A stretch of 64,000 bases of DNA from Thermodesulfobacteriota bacterium (lineage in GTDB: Bacteria; Desulfobacterota_D; UBA1144; Nemesobacterales; Nemesobacteraceae), in assembly GCA_965263275.1 (NCBI GenBank), contig OZ253668.1, positions 1,855,329 to 1,919,328 on the forward strand, in the 5' to 3' direction. A program made the position numbers and the translations under genes. How positions within the stretch are numbered: the stretch's first letter is position 1; the number at the start of each line of letters is the position of its first letter. The notes beneath the pieces were generated by a model. That model saw only the letters and a program-made list of their open reading frames with translations, did no database searches and was not told the DNA's origin. Below, piece after piece: positions 35,953-45,795 of this stretch.

Positions 35953-37350
35953 ATGAAATCACGTAAATCTCTGCTTTTCTTCTTTATAGTGGCGGCGGCT
36001 TTCTCGTTTCCTTTCCCAGAAGCCCTCTCCCATGGCTCTTCTGAGTCCATTTCTCCCACGGTAAAGCGTCTTACTCCTTCGGTCGTTAATATAAGCACTA
36101 CAAACGTGATAAAAGCGTCACCGTTTGCCTCACCTTACCAGGATGAACACTTCAAGAAGTTTTTCGAAAAGTTTTTCTCCGACCAGATGCCGGAGAGGGA
36201 ATTCAGAAACAAGGGACTCGGTTCCGGTTTCATAATGAGTTCCGACGGCTACATAATTACTAACAACCATGTCGTAAGAAAAGCTGAAGAGATCGAGGTG
36301 ATACTCGAGGGCGGTAAAAAATACACCGCGAAGATAGTCGGTACCGACCCCGTAACCGATCTTGCGCTGCTGAAAATTGATCCCGAAGGGCCTCTTCCCG
36401 CGGTGGAAATAGGCGATTCCTCCACTCTTGCGATAGGGGACTGGGTGTTTGCTATCGGAAACCCTTTCGGCCTGGGCCATACGGTTACCGCCGGAATAGT
36501 CAGCGCGAAGGGAAGGGCCCTTGGAATCGGGCGCTACGATAATTTCATTCAGACCGATGCGGCCATTAATCCCGGAAACAGCGGGGGGCCGCTTTTTGAC
36601 TATGAAGGCAGGGTGGTGGGTGTGAACACCGCGGTTATGGCCCGTGGCCAGGGTCTGGGTTTCGCTATACCCATAAACATGGCGAAATTCGTCATTGAGC
36701 ATCTTAAGGTTCATGGAAGGGTTATAAGGGGATGGCTCGGAATAATGATTCAGGATATAACCCCGGAAATTTCAGAAGCCCTCGGGATTAACCGCGACAA
36801 GGGAGGGCTTGTATCGGAGGTCAAGGAAGGAAGTCCGGCGGGCAATGCGGGTCTTCGAAGGGGAGACGTGATTGTTTCCGTTGAGGGTGAAAAGATTCCA
36901 GACGCCGCGACGCTTACAAGAAAGCTGGCACTTACTAAGCCCGGGGTTGATACGAAATTCATAGTGTTTCGCGACGGGAAGAAAAAAACCTTTACCATAA
37001 AGCTTATCGAACATCCCGAGAACGAAAAAATCAAGGAGTCAGCCGACAAGATGAAAGCCGAGGAAAAGCTTGGCATTGAAGTGAGTGAGATAACGCAGCA
37101 GCTCAGGAACCGGTTCAAGCTTAAAGCTTCGGGCGGAGTGATTGTCATAAATGTTGCGCCTGGGAGTCTCGCCTCGGAATCGGGGTTTCGTGCGGGCGAC
37201 GTGATACTGGAAGTAAACGGAGATTCCGTTAATGGACTTGACGAATACCAGGAAACTCTTGAGGAACATGGGTCGGGGAGAACCCTGCTTTTTCTAATTG
37301 AGCGCGGGGGCAGGACCATCTATCTTGGCATAAAGACGGATCGCGGCTGA
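35953..37350 (+). CDS. htrA: Periplasmic serine endoprotease HtrA/DegP family (two PDZ domains)
   Basis: Signal peptide; His/Asp/Ser triad context (TNNHV, DLALLK, GNSGGPL); two PDZ-like regions. Confidence 0.9.
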   Translation: MKSRKSLLFFFIVAAAFSFPFPEALSHGSSESISPTVKRLTPSVVNISTTNVIKASPFASPYQDEHFKKFFEKFFSDQMPEREFRNKGLGSGFIMSSDGYIITNNHVVRKAEEIEVILEGGKKYTAKIVGTDPVTDLALLKIDPEGPLPAVEIGDSSTLAIGDWVFAIGNPFGLGHTVTAGIVSAKGRALGIGRYDNFIQTDAAINPGNSGGPLFDYEGRVVGVNTAVMARGQGLGFAIPINMAKFVIEHLKVHGRVIRGWLGIMIQDITPEISEALGINRDKGGLVSEVKEGSPAGNAGLRRGDVIVSVEGEKIPDAATLTRKLALTKPGVDTKFIVFRDGKKKTFTIKLIEHPENEKIKESADKMKAEEKLGIEVSEITQQLRNRFKLKASGGVIVINVAPGSLASESGFRAGDVILEVNGDSVNGLDEYQETLEEHGSGRTLLFLIERGGRTIYLGIKTDRG

Positions 37351-37838
37351 TGATACAGGAAAAACTCAGAGAACTTGGAGTGGAACTCGCAGAAGAAGTT
37401 CCCGCCTTGGGAAGCTACGTTCCAGCGACCGTGTCGGGCAATCTGATTTTCGTATCAGGTCAGCTTCCGGTTGAAAACGGAAAGCTTCTCTTCACGGGCA
37501 AAGTGGGGTCTGATCTTACGGTTGCGCAGGGTTACGAGGCCGCGAGACTGGCGGCGATAAACGGCCTTTCCGTAATCAGCCATACACTCGAAGATCTACG
37601 ACAGCTCAGCAGAATAGTGAAAGTTACGGGTTACGTGGCGAGCGCTCCCGGTTTTACGGAACAGCACAAGGTGGTTAACGGCGCCTCCGAGTTTTTCTCT
37701 GACATACTCTCAGAGAACGGACGCCACGCCAGGGTTGCAGTGGGGGTTTCCGGACTTCCGATGGACTCCCCGGTGGAAATTGAGATCATAGCCGAGTTCT
37801 CCCCCGCTGCCCCGAGAAGCTCGGATATTTCCTCCTGA
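37350..37838 (+). CDS. RidA/YjgF/L-PSP family protein
   Basis: 162 aa with an LFVSGQLP... pattern and a C-terminal VEIEIIAE. Start overlaps the htrA stop. Confidence 0.75.
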   Translation: MIQEKLRELGVELAEEVPALGSYVPATVSGNLIFVSGQLPVENGKLLFTGKVGSDLTVAQGYEAARLAAINGLSVISHTLEDLRQLSRIVKVTGYVASAPGFTEQHKVVNGASEFFSDILSENGRHARVAVGVSGLPMDSPVEIEIIAEFSPAAPRSSDISS

Positions 37839-38587
37839 TGTTCCCCGTATATCTTTATTCAGACAGTCCTTCGCAGTCGCTCGTTATAGAAGACGTAACG
37901 GATTTTCTCTCGAACCTGGGTCTTTCGGTGGAATTTCGCGGAGATTTCCTGAGTTATCTCTCGCTCGGCGCCGAGGAGAGAGCCGAGCTTGAATCACTCT
38001 TGGTTAAGGCTAGGGTTTTTGACATTGAGAGGCCCGTTGATTTTTTCCAACCGCACCTGTCGTCCGAGGCGTTTGAAAAGGAGCTCTATGACGGTTTCTG
38101 GGTTCAGAGAATATTCTCGAGGTTTTTTCTGAGAAAGCATCCCGGAGAACTAGCGAAAAACGGCTTTCACGCGGTTATTACGGGCAGGCTGCTTGGCACT
38201 TACGGCTCCCGAAGGTACCACGCTAGGACTGTCATCTCGGGGTTTCCGTCTTTCGTTTCAACGTCGGGACTTGTGGAAGGCCCGGCAAGACCTAGGGAAT
38301 ATTATTTTCTAAAGGCGGAATTTATCCGGTCGGGAAGGGACCCCTCAGAGCTTGACGATATGTTCCGGGGGAAATTCATTGATTACCAAGACGAGAGGAC
38401 AACTAAAGTAGTGAGCGCCTATGTACTTCAGCCTCTTCTGCATAATTTTTCGGGAAAGGAATTCTGCGCAAATGCCAAGTGCGCGCTTTTTAATTCACAT
38501 TGGCAAAGACAAGTTCTAGACATCCAGTACGTCGGTTTTGTGTGTGCCGAGTGCGGAGATGAAATCAGGAAAATGGTGGAGGGATAA
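37838..38587 (+). CDS. Hypothetical protein with an archaemetzincin-like Cys4 module but no HExxH
   Basis: C-terminus LQPLLHNFSGKEFCANAKCALFNSHWQRQVLDIQYVGFVCAECG resembles the M54 pattern HExxHxxGx3Cx4CxMx17CxxC, with Q-P in place of the H-E positions. Start overlaps the ridA stop. Confidence 0.45.
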   Translation: MFPVYLYSDSPSQSLVIEDVTDFLSNLGLSVEFRGDFLSYLSLGAEERAELESLLVKARVFDIERPVDFFQPHLSSEAFEKELYDGFWVQRIFSRFFLRKHPGELAKNGFHAVITGRLLGTYGSRRYHARTVISGFPSFVSTSGLVEGPARPREYYFLKAEFIRSGRDPSELDDMFRGKFIDYQDERTTKVVSAYVLQPLLHNFSGKEFCANAKCALFNSHWQRQVLDIQYVGFVCAECGDEIRKMVEG

Positions 38588-38877
38588 ATGTGCCGATTCT
38601 CCCTATTGTCTGAATGCGTACTAGGCTTCCGGCAAGAAATGTAGAAGCACCTGTAGCTTCCACTTTTTTTAATCAATAGGAATTTGGACTTTCTGTTAAC
38701 ATATTTGTCACGGTTCCAATGAATGCTTACGCCAAGCTTTTGTTCGCCCTGAATCCTGCTAAGCCATCCCCAGATTCTTACTTGACAATAACCCGTGTGA
38801 GCTATTATGATCTATAGGTAGGAATGGTACGTCAAGAACTGAATGTTCGTAGTTGTTTTTATAGAGGAGGCTTGTAG

Positions 38878-39915
38878 ATGGGAAAAACAATTTCAGGTAA
38901 CGAGAATTGCTTTGATAATATCGGTGTTCGAGCATGCGGAAAGAGGAAGAACCGAGCAATCTCTCTGCAGTGGTTAGATGCTTCCATCTTCAGTTGCGCG
39001 GGAATGTTGGCTGTCTTTTTCCTTGCGTTCTCACTCCTTAGCGTCGGCAATGTATGGGCGGGGGAAAGGGAATTTTTTCGAAAAAAGTTCCTTGTGAGCG
39101 AAACCACCAATGCAGAAGATTCGAACAACATACATACTGTGTATCAAGGAGGCCCTTTCACGAACGCTATATTTACCTATAATGGTGCCACCTACAGAGT
39201 TGAGCTTGTCGAGTCGGGGGATAGAGGAGTTAAGCTCAGGACGAACCCGAGCTTTCCGTCAACGCTGCAAGGGGCAAACAGAAGGGACTTTGATTTGCAT
39301 CTCGGTACTGAGGATGCTTCTGGCGATTATACCGAGAATGCCAGTTTTAATTTCAACAGGTGGAGCCAGTTATCTACAGTTCCGTCTTCTGCCAGCTACG
39401 ACACTCTATGGTCTGGGTCAGCCGGTTGGACACAGAGCGGAGAGAATGGCGTAATTCGTATAACCGGTCCGATTCTTAACAACGACCTTCAGTTCTCGCC
39501 TTACCTCCCGTTACCTACTAAGAATTCAGACGGGGTTGCAATTTCGGGTCGGCTTGAAATATTTGATGCTACGCAGGATACCGACGGCCAATGGAAGTGG
39601 ATATGCGACGATGGTTTTGGGGATGATGAGGCAAAGGTCGCATGCGGACAGCTGGGTCTTCCTGCAAGCGGAGCTACAACCATGGATCTGCCGGACGATT
39701 GGTTAGCAATTCCCGATAATCTTACTGGCTTCAAAGCTTTGCTTACTGCCGCAGCCATAACTTACTATTCAAGTGTTCCGGCTCTGCTCGATGACGTAGA
39801 TTGCGATGGTACGGAATCCCGGCTGATTAACTGTAACCATGCGGGGCGTGGAGCAACCGATTGCGATATATCGGAATCAGTTGCTGTCATCTGTCAGGAA
39901 GAAGCTTCCGAGTGA
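38878..39915 (+). CDS. Secreted/anchored protein with a C-terminal SRCR domain; paralog of 10279-11169
   Basis: GGAGG RBS; hydrophobic N-terminal segment. SRCR-like GRLEIFDATQDTDGQWKWICDDGFGDDEAKVACGQLG...LLDDVDCDGTESRLINCNHAG...DC...VAVIC. Shares the F[ST]Y.G..YRV motif with the first SRCR protein. Confidence 0.8.
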   Translation: MGKTISGNENCFDNIGVRACGKRKNRAISLQWLDASIFSCAGMLAVFFLAFSLLSVGNVWAGEREFFRKKFLVSETTNAEDSNNIHTVYQGGPFTNAIFTYNGATYRVELVESGDRGVKLRTNPSFPSTLQGANRRDFDLHLGTEDASGDYTENASFNFNRWSQLSTVPSSASYDTLWSGSAGWTQSGENGVIRITGPILNNDLQFSPYLPLPTKNSDGVAISGRLEIFDATQDTDGQWKWICDDGFGDDEAKVACGQLGLPASGATTMDLPDDWLAIPDNLTGFKALLTAAAITYYSSVPALLDDVDCDGTESRLINCNHAGRGATDCDISESVAVICQEEASE

Positions 39916-40099
39916 TAATTAATACCCGTGAGACGGCATTTGTCTGCAAGGCAGAGTTCCCAACGGACTATGCTGGGCGTCCACCACACGTTGTGGCAAC
40001 CTTGAGAGGCAGTTAAGAATATGGGCCCATTCCGATGCTTCAGGCCGCTGTGTCCAAGGAAGAGATAGCCGAGTTTCATAATTGATTTGCGGGGATTTG

Positions 40100-40815
40100 A
40101 TGAAAAACTTAAAGTTTTTGGTTCTTTTATTTTGCACAGCGGGGCTCTTTGGCGTTAATACAGCTTTCGCCCATACCCACAGGGATCCCGGTTTAACGGC
40201 AACGGTTAGAGATGCCAGTGCGAGTCTTGAAGATTTCGTAAAGCATGCGGCTTCGCATCTGTCAGAAGCCACAAGCTTTGAGGGAGTCTTGCAGTTGCTA
40301 AAGGAGTTCAGAAATGAGAACGGGGACTGGAACGATGGTTCCACCTACCTTATTTTGCTCACAAGGGGAGGCGGGGTGTACATTCATCCTAAGAGCAGGG
40401 AAGTAGAAGATCAGGATTGGTCTGAACTTCTTTCGGGATGTTCTCAAGGGAGCTGGCATGATCTTGTAACGGCCGGCGGAGGCTGTGTGGAAGGTCAGGG
40501 AGAAGGGAGTCGGGGTTATGCAGTTTCTTTTTCCGCTCCATATATTCCTTTTGCGAATTCAAGAAGCAAGGAAAAAGATTTTGTTCTGGTAGGAGGTCTT
40601 GATTATATGCCCAGGGCTGATACTCCTGCTTCCTTTAAAAAGATGGTGGATGATCTGGTTGACAGCTATGTCAGAAGGCTGATAGGCAGTGATGTGGATC
40701 TTGATGACCCGGCGATTTCACAGAGTCGCATGGAGTTCAGAGATAATTTCTTTGCTTTGGTGGTTCCCGAAATAGATTCCAGAGATGTCAGCGGAGAAGA
40801 GGATCTGAATGTAGC
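40100..40815 (+). pseudogene. Cache-like 'GDWNDG' surface protein, 5' part, interrupted by IS21
   Basis: Signal peptide MKNLKFLVLLFCTAGLFGVNTAFA, then a sCache-like module (...NGDWNDGSTYLILLTRGGGVYIHP...). The ORF then runs into the IS21 terminal repeat. Confidence 0.75.
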
Positions 40816-40978
40816 GCGACAAACAAGATGAGACTCTCGGCGTCGCGACGACAGAACGATACCGAGGTATTTTGGGGATTGCAAAAATATTTTTCCAATG
40901 ATGTTTCCGCCAAGGTGCGCGGGAAGGGCCGGCCCCGGATATCCGGGGCCGGACAACAGCCTGTTCGGGGGGTGGGGG

Positions 40979-41806
40979 TCAGCCGGATGTGTCGCTTTCG
41001 GTGGCGAACTTCGCGGGTCTTCCCTGTTTTTTCTTCTGTTCCATGGCTTGACGGCGTCTGTAGCTCTCCACGTTCATCTCAAGTATCACGCAGTGATGCA
41101 CAAGGCGATCCACCGCTGCCACCGCGGTGTTTTCGTCAGGAAACACCTTTGTCCATTCGGTAAACGGCTGATTGGCGGTAATGAGCACGGAACGTTGCTC
41201 ATAACGGACCGATATCAGTTCGAACAGCACGCTTGTTTCGGCGTGATCTTTGCGCACGTAGGCCAGATCGTCAAGAATCAGCAGGTCGTAGCGGTCAAGC
41301 CTGTTGAGCATGTTCTCAAGGGACAGTTCCCTTTGAGCCGTCTGGAGCTTCTGAACAAGATCCGTCGTACGGGTGAACAGCACCCGTTTCTCCTTCTCCA
41401 CCAGAGACAAGCCGATTGCCGAAGCCAGATGACTCTTGCCCGCCCCCGGAGGGCCGAAGATTATCACATTGTGTCCGCCTCTTAGCCACGAATCGTTTGA
41501 AGCCAGGGCCATGACCGTGGGTTTGGATATAGTGGGAACCGCGTCAAAGTCGAAGTTCTCAAGGGTTTTTCCTGGAAGAAGACGGGCTTCGCCCAAGTGG
41601 CGGCGTATCCTGCGCCGCTGCCGCTCGGCAAGTTCAAGATCCGCGAGAGTTGCGAGCAGCCGGGCCGCGGGCCACCCCTCGGTATCCGCCCGTTCGGCGA
41701 ACCGCTCCCACATCTGCCTGATCGCGGGCAGCCGAAGTTCGCGGAACATGAGGTCAAGGTCGGCTTTTCCGATCTCCACCACCTTTTCATTGGGTTTCGT
41801 ATTCAT
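40979..41806 (-). CDS. istB: IS21 helper ATPase IstB
   Basis: Walker A GPPGAGKSHLA, Walker B LLILDDL. Confidence 0.92.
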   Translation of the reverse strand: MNTKPNEKVVEIGKADLDLMFRELRLPAIRQMWERFAERADTEGWPAARLLATLADLELAERQRRRIRRHLGEARLLPGKTLENFDFDAVPTISKPTVMALASNDSWLRGGHNVIIFGPPGAGKSHLASAIGLSLVEKEKRVLFTRTTDLVQKLQTAQRELSLENMLNRLDRYDLLILDDLAYVRKDHAETSVLFELISVRYEQRSVLITANQPFTEWTKVFPDENTAVAAVDRLVHHCVILEMNVESYRRRQAMEQKKKQGRPAKFATESDTSG

Positions 41807-43305
41807 CTCTGTCCTCCCGTTTCAAATAAAGAGCCGTAATTGTCGAGGCGGCCTCTATGGACGTCGACTCCGGGCATAGGCCCCGTTTTCACCGTGAACC
41901 GTTCTTTGAGCTCATCGATGTCGGGAAGTTCTCCCACAGAAACGCATTTCCCTATCGCCGAAGCCAGCTGGGCTTCGCAACTGTAATCATGGGCCAGAGC
42001 CAGAAGCTTTACCGCGACTCCGCATGCCTCCCGCCCCGAGAGAAGTTCAACAGCAAGCTCAAAACAACGCTTGTACTCCTCCCGGGGAAACAGCTCATCA
42101 CGGTAAACCAGATTCATAAACGCCCCCGGCTTGCGCCGAAGCGAATGAATCACGTGATGATAATTGACCGCGTAAGCCGTTTTCTCCGAAGATCCTCTTC
42201 TCCTGCGCTCAAGGGTAAGCAGATGACGGTCTCCCAGGTACAACTCTACTCTCTCATCGTAAAGACGCGCCGCGAGACGATGCCCTATGAGACGAGAGGG
42301 GACCGTGTAGAACACTCCCTTGAGCATGAAACCGCCGGAAGAAGTAACCCTTACGCTTTCACGCCGATAAAACTCCCCGTCCTGGGGCGGAAGAGACCCA
42401 AGCACCTTGCGCTCGGTCTCTATGCGCTCCACGCGCCGGGCGTTTAGACCGCTTAGCAGTTCCGCTATGAAGTCGCGGTAAGAATCAAGATCTGCAAAGT
42501 CCCGGGAACCCCGAAGCGCCAAAGCGTCCCCTATCTCCCTTTTCAGGTGACCGTGAGAACTCTCTATCGCCCCGTTTTCGTGGGCGACCCCGCGGTTGTT
42601 GCGCGTCGGCGCCATCCCGTAATGGGCGCAAAACTCCCTGTAGCTTGCGGTCATGTCCTCGACCTCGTCCTTGCTGAGATTGCGGAGAGCCGCCGAGAGA
42701 CTGTCGGTGCGGCACTCCCGAGGAACGCCGCCCAGCATCCCCAAAGCTTCGCTGAGACCCCGGGAGAAAGCGGCGAAGCTCTCCCCTCCAAGCACTGCCG
42801 TGGCGTGAACGAACCCCGACCAGGGGAGCCGGAAGTGATAGAGCTTGTGATCAAATCTCTTTCGGGCAATCGTGATCTCAAGGGAGTTCATGGTGGTGAA
42901 GTCGGAGATCCCCACGCGCCCCGGTTCCTTTTTCTGACGGAATATCACATCCTTGTCAGCGCCATGTTCAGCCCTCCATGCCTTTATACGCCTCTCAAGA
43001 GTCCTGCGAACTCCCGGGTCAAGCTGGGGATTTTCTCTCATTATTTCGCGGAACACCGCGACGGAACGTATATCCGGACAGTTCTTGAGAATGGGAACTA
43101 CCCGGGAATCGAAAATGCCATCCAGAGGATCGGGACGTCGGCTCCCCCGGGGCTTGTTTTTAGTTCCTGATTGCGGGTCCTTGGAGATTCGGAAACCGGT
43201 AGAGCGGCTGAAACCCGCTTTGGCAGCCGCGGTTTCCGTAGAACAAGTTTGTTTGAGCTTCATGAATTTCCTCCTTTGCTCGTCAGTTATATGTTGACCT
43301 GCCAT
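41803..43305 (-). CDS. istA: IS21 transposase IstA
   Basis: HTH N-terminus (MAGQHITDEQRRKFMKLK...) and a DDE integrase core. 4-nt overlap with istB. ATG at 43305 preferred over 43443. Confidence 0.9.
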   Translation of the reverse strand: MAGQHITDEQRRKFMKLKQTCSTETAAAKAGFSRSTGFRISKDPQSGTKNKPRGSRRPDPLDGIFDSRVVPILKNCPDIRSVAVFREIMRENPQLDPGVRRTLERRIKAWRAEHGADKDVIFRQKKEPGRVGISDFTTMNSLEITIARKRFDHKLYHFRLPWSGFVHATAVLGGESFAAFSRGLSEALGMLGGVPRECRTDSLSAALRNLSKDEVEDMTASYREFCAHYGMAPTRNNRGVAHENGAIESSHGHLKREIGDALALRGSRDFADLDSYRDFIAELLSGLNARRVERIETERKVLGSLPPQDGEFYRRESVRVTSSGGFMLKGVFYTVPSRLIGHRLAARLYDERVELYLGDRHLLTLERRRRGSSEKTAYAVNYHHVIHSLRRKPGAFMNLVYRDELFPREEYKRCFELAVELLSGREACGVAVKLLALAHDYSCEAQLASAIGKCVSVGELPDIDELKERFTVKTGPMPGVDVHRGRLDNYGSLFETGGQR

Positions 43306-43487
43306 CGTGAACCTCCCGCTCAATAGATTGAGCGGGGTTCTTACCCGGCCGGTCGTGAACACCGAAAGAAATTCAAAAAAATCTGGAGAGATGCTGTCTG
43401 AAACGGAAGGAGGGCGTAGCCCGACTGGAGTTTCAGACAGCATCTCCCCAGAGTCTCATCTTGTTTGTCGCAAAAGTCCTAAGTTGA

Positions 43488-44105
43488 TTGTCGCTGTACA
43501 TGAAGCAGTTTTTAGAGAAAGCCTATTCGCTTATGACGGCATCCTTTTCTGTTGACCTGTTTGATCCTGTGATACTGCGCAGGGTTTTCAGGTTTGAAGG
43601 AGGACCCTGGAGGAATGACTCTACCTATATCTATATAATGGATGACAAGGGGAACACTATATTTAACGGTGCGAATAGAGACATTGAGCAGACGAATTTA
43701 CTGCATGATCATGGTCCTGAGATTGCGCGGATAGCTGTGGATATCAGAGCCGCGGCTATGACGAGGACGGAGGATGGAAATAGTTTCGTCGGAGGTTTTG
43801 TGAATTACAATTGGGATGATCCTGCTGTGATAGGAGACGAGGGTGATGGTCGTCCGGGAGGTTCTTCTCCAAAGCTTGCTTTTGTAAAAGCCTTTACAGT
43901 TGCGGTTGATAAGGACAAACCAGTGGATAATCCACGCATCTATATTTTTGGTTCAGGACTTTACTTGGGCGGTTTGCAGGGTGACGATGGAGACGGAGGG
44001 TGTGTGATTGCGGGGACGGAAAACAGTCTTGGAAGCACTGTAGTTAACCTGCTTCTGGTTGTATCCGGTATCTTTTTCGTTGCCTTTATTCGGCACAAGA
44101 GTTGA
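43488..44105 (+). pseudogene. Cache-like surface protein, 3' part (second Cache-like module plus the GGC sorting tail)
   Basis: ...GGPWRNDSTYIYIMDDKGNTIFNG... and C-terminus GDGGCVIAGTENSLGSTVVNLLLVVSGIFFVAFIRHKS*. No upstream start or signal peptide of its own. Confidence 0.7.
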
Positions 44106-44197
44106 GTGAATTATGGACGATCTGATCAGAGGGGGTTCATGCGGTTTTTTACTCTCTTACCCACGGCCTTCCCGAACATAGTGCCTGACCACGATCT

Positions 44198-45007
44198 CTA
44201 TTCCATTTCATCAAGTATGTTTATCGCCACCTGAGCCACCTTTTTTCCCGAAAGCAGCATTCCTCCGAAGGTGGGCCCCATCCTTGGAAGCCCAAAAGTG
44301 GTGTTAACCGACATTCCGCACGCGAGCAGTCCGGGGTGTATTTCTCCAGTGTATTCTACGAGGGCTTCTTCCGACTTCTCAACCCACATCGATCCATGAC
44401 CCGGAAGTTTTCTGTAAAGACCCTGCTGGGATAGTCTCGAAATGCAGTAGGCGTCATGGCCTGTGGCGTCTATTACCAGTTTTGATTCTATAGCAATGGG
44501 GTCAAGGCAGGTTATCTCCTTGGGCATGTTCGCAACGGGCGTCCAGTTGATTACTATTCCCGCAACCCTTCCGTTTTCCCTGTAAACCAGATCGTCAAAC
44601 AGCGTCATGTTCCTTACTTTCGCTCCGGCTTCGCATGCCGTCGCTATCAGCTTTGAGCAGGCGTAAGGGCCGTCGGCGACGAAAAGCCCTTCGGAAACCT
44701 CTTCATAAGGCACTTCAATCTCGTCCAGAACAGTCTGTCCAGGGGCGCGTACTGTGACCTTATTCATCAGGTATCCGCCGATCCAGAACCCTCCTCCGAG
44801 GTAGTTCATTCTTTCAACGAGCAGCACCTTGTACTTTTTCTTCGCTATGTCCTTTGCAGCAACGAGCCCGCTTGGCCCCGCGCCGACGATTATAACGTCA
44901 CTTGTAATGTATTCGGTAAATTCCTTCGAAAATCCCTCGACTATGGCTCGGGTTACCTCTTTTTCTCCTACCGGAGCGAACTTTGGGGTTTTTAAACTGT
45001 CTGACAT
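44198..45007 (-). CDS. thi4: Thi4-family thiazole synthase (non-Cys, sulfide-dependent type)
   Basis: [13 protein letters not shown] fold, [31 protein letters not shown]. Confidence 0.85.
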   Translation of the reverse strand: MSDSLKTPKFAPVGEKEVTRAIVEGFSKEFTEYITSDVIIVGAGPSGLVAAKDIAKKKYKVLLVERMNYLGGGFWIGGYLMNKVTVRAPGQTVLDEIEVPYEEVSEGLFVADGPYACSKLIATACEAGAKVRNMTLFDDLVYRENGRVAGIVINWTPVANMPKEITCLDPIAIESKLVIDATGHDAYCISRLSQQGLYRKLPGHGSMWVEKSEEALVEYTGEIHPGLLACGMSVNTTFGLPRMGPTFGGMLLSGKKVAQVAINILDEME

Positions 45008-45052
45008 GTGGTGGTTTCCTCCGAAAAAATGTCAATAAGGCTCTACTTCTTC

Positions 45053-45502
45053 CTACTGCTCTTCCTTTACGACGTTTACGGTTATCTGCGGGGTTACGTC
45101 CGTGTGAAGCTTCAGCGCAACCAAGTAAGTTCCAAGCGCTTTTATAGTGCCGTCAAGGTCTATATCCCTTCTTGAGATTTCAAATCCTTTTTCCCCGAGG
45201 GCGTCGGAGATGTTCTGCGAAGTAATCGATCCGAACAGCCGGTCTCCCTCCCCGGACTTGGCGGGTATGGAGATTTCAATACCCTCGAGTTTTTCCGCAA
45301 GCACCTGGGCGTTCTCAAGAATTTCGGTCTTGCGCAGTTTTATGGCACCTATCTTCGTTTTCCAGGCCTGCAGGTTCGATTCTGTTGCCTTCACCGCAAG
45401 CTTGCGGGGGAAAAGATAATTCCTCGCCATCCCGTTTTTTACGTCTTTTACGTCTCCGACGCTTCCTAAGTTTTCCACGTCGGAAATCAGAATTACTTTC
45501 AT
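45053..45502 (-). CDS. rplI: 50S ribosomal protein L9
   Basis: MKVILISDVENLGSVGDVKDVKNGMARNYLFPRKLA is the canonical L9 N-terminus. Confidence 0.95.
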   Translation of the reverse strand: MKVILISDVENLGSVGDVKDVKNGMARNYLFPRKLAVKATESNLQAWKTKIGAIKLRKTEILENAQVLAEKLEGIEISIPAKSGEGDRLFGSITSQNISDALGEKGFEISRRDIDLDGTIKALGTYLVALKLHTDVTPQITVNVVKEEQ

Positions 45503-45540
45503 TGTTTACCTCCGCGTATCAGTTAAGCGGTATCCGGGAA

Positions 45541-45795
45541 TCACTTGTGAGTTACCGTATACGGCAAAAGTGCCATGAAACGGGCTCTTTTTATTGCGAT
45601 TGCCACTTTTCTCTGCTCCTGCCTGGAAAGTCCGGTGTTTCTCTTGGGCAGTATCTTCTTTCTCTCGGTTATGAACTGAGAGAGAAGTTCCGTATCTTTG
45701 TAATCTATCCGTTTGCCTTCTTTGGCGAGGTCTCTGGGTTTCTTTTTGCGTGAGTAAAATTTTCTTCCGCCGCCGCCCATTGGTCTTCTGCTCAT
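45541..45795 (-). CDS. rpsR: 30S ribosomal protein S18
   Basis: [50 protein letters not shown]. Confidence 0.95.
   Translation of the reverse strand: MSRRPMGGGGRKFYSRKKKPRDLAKEGKRIDYKDTELLSQFITERKKILPKRNTGLSRQEQRKVAIAIKRARFMALLPYTVTHK

Larger units (their letters stand above)
40816..43471 (-). mobile_element. IS21-family insertion sequence (istA-istB)
   Basis: 21-bp perfect terminal inverted repeats: gcgacaaacaagatgagactc at 40816-40836 and its reverse complement at 43451-43471. Both ORFs are intact. Confidence 0.9.

Noticed and set aside
45008-45052. TPP riboswitch upstream of thi4
   Set aside because: Only 45 nt separate thi4 from the rplI stop, which is too short for a THI-box aptamer.
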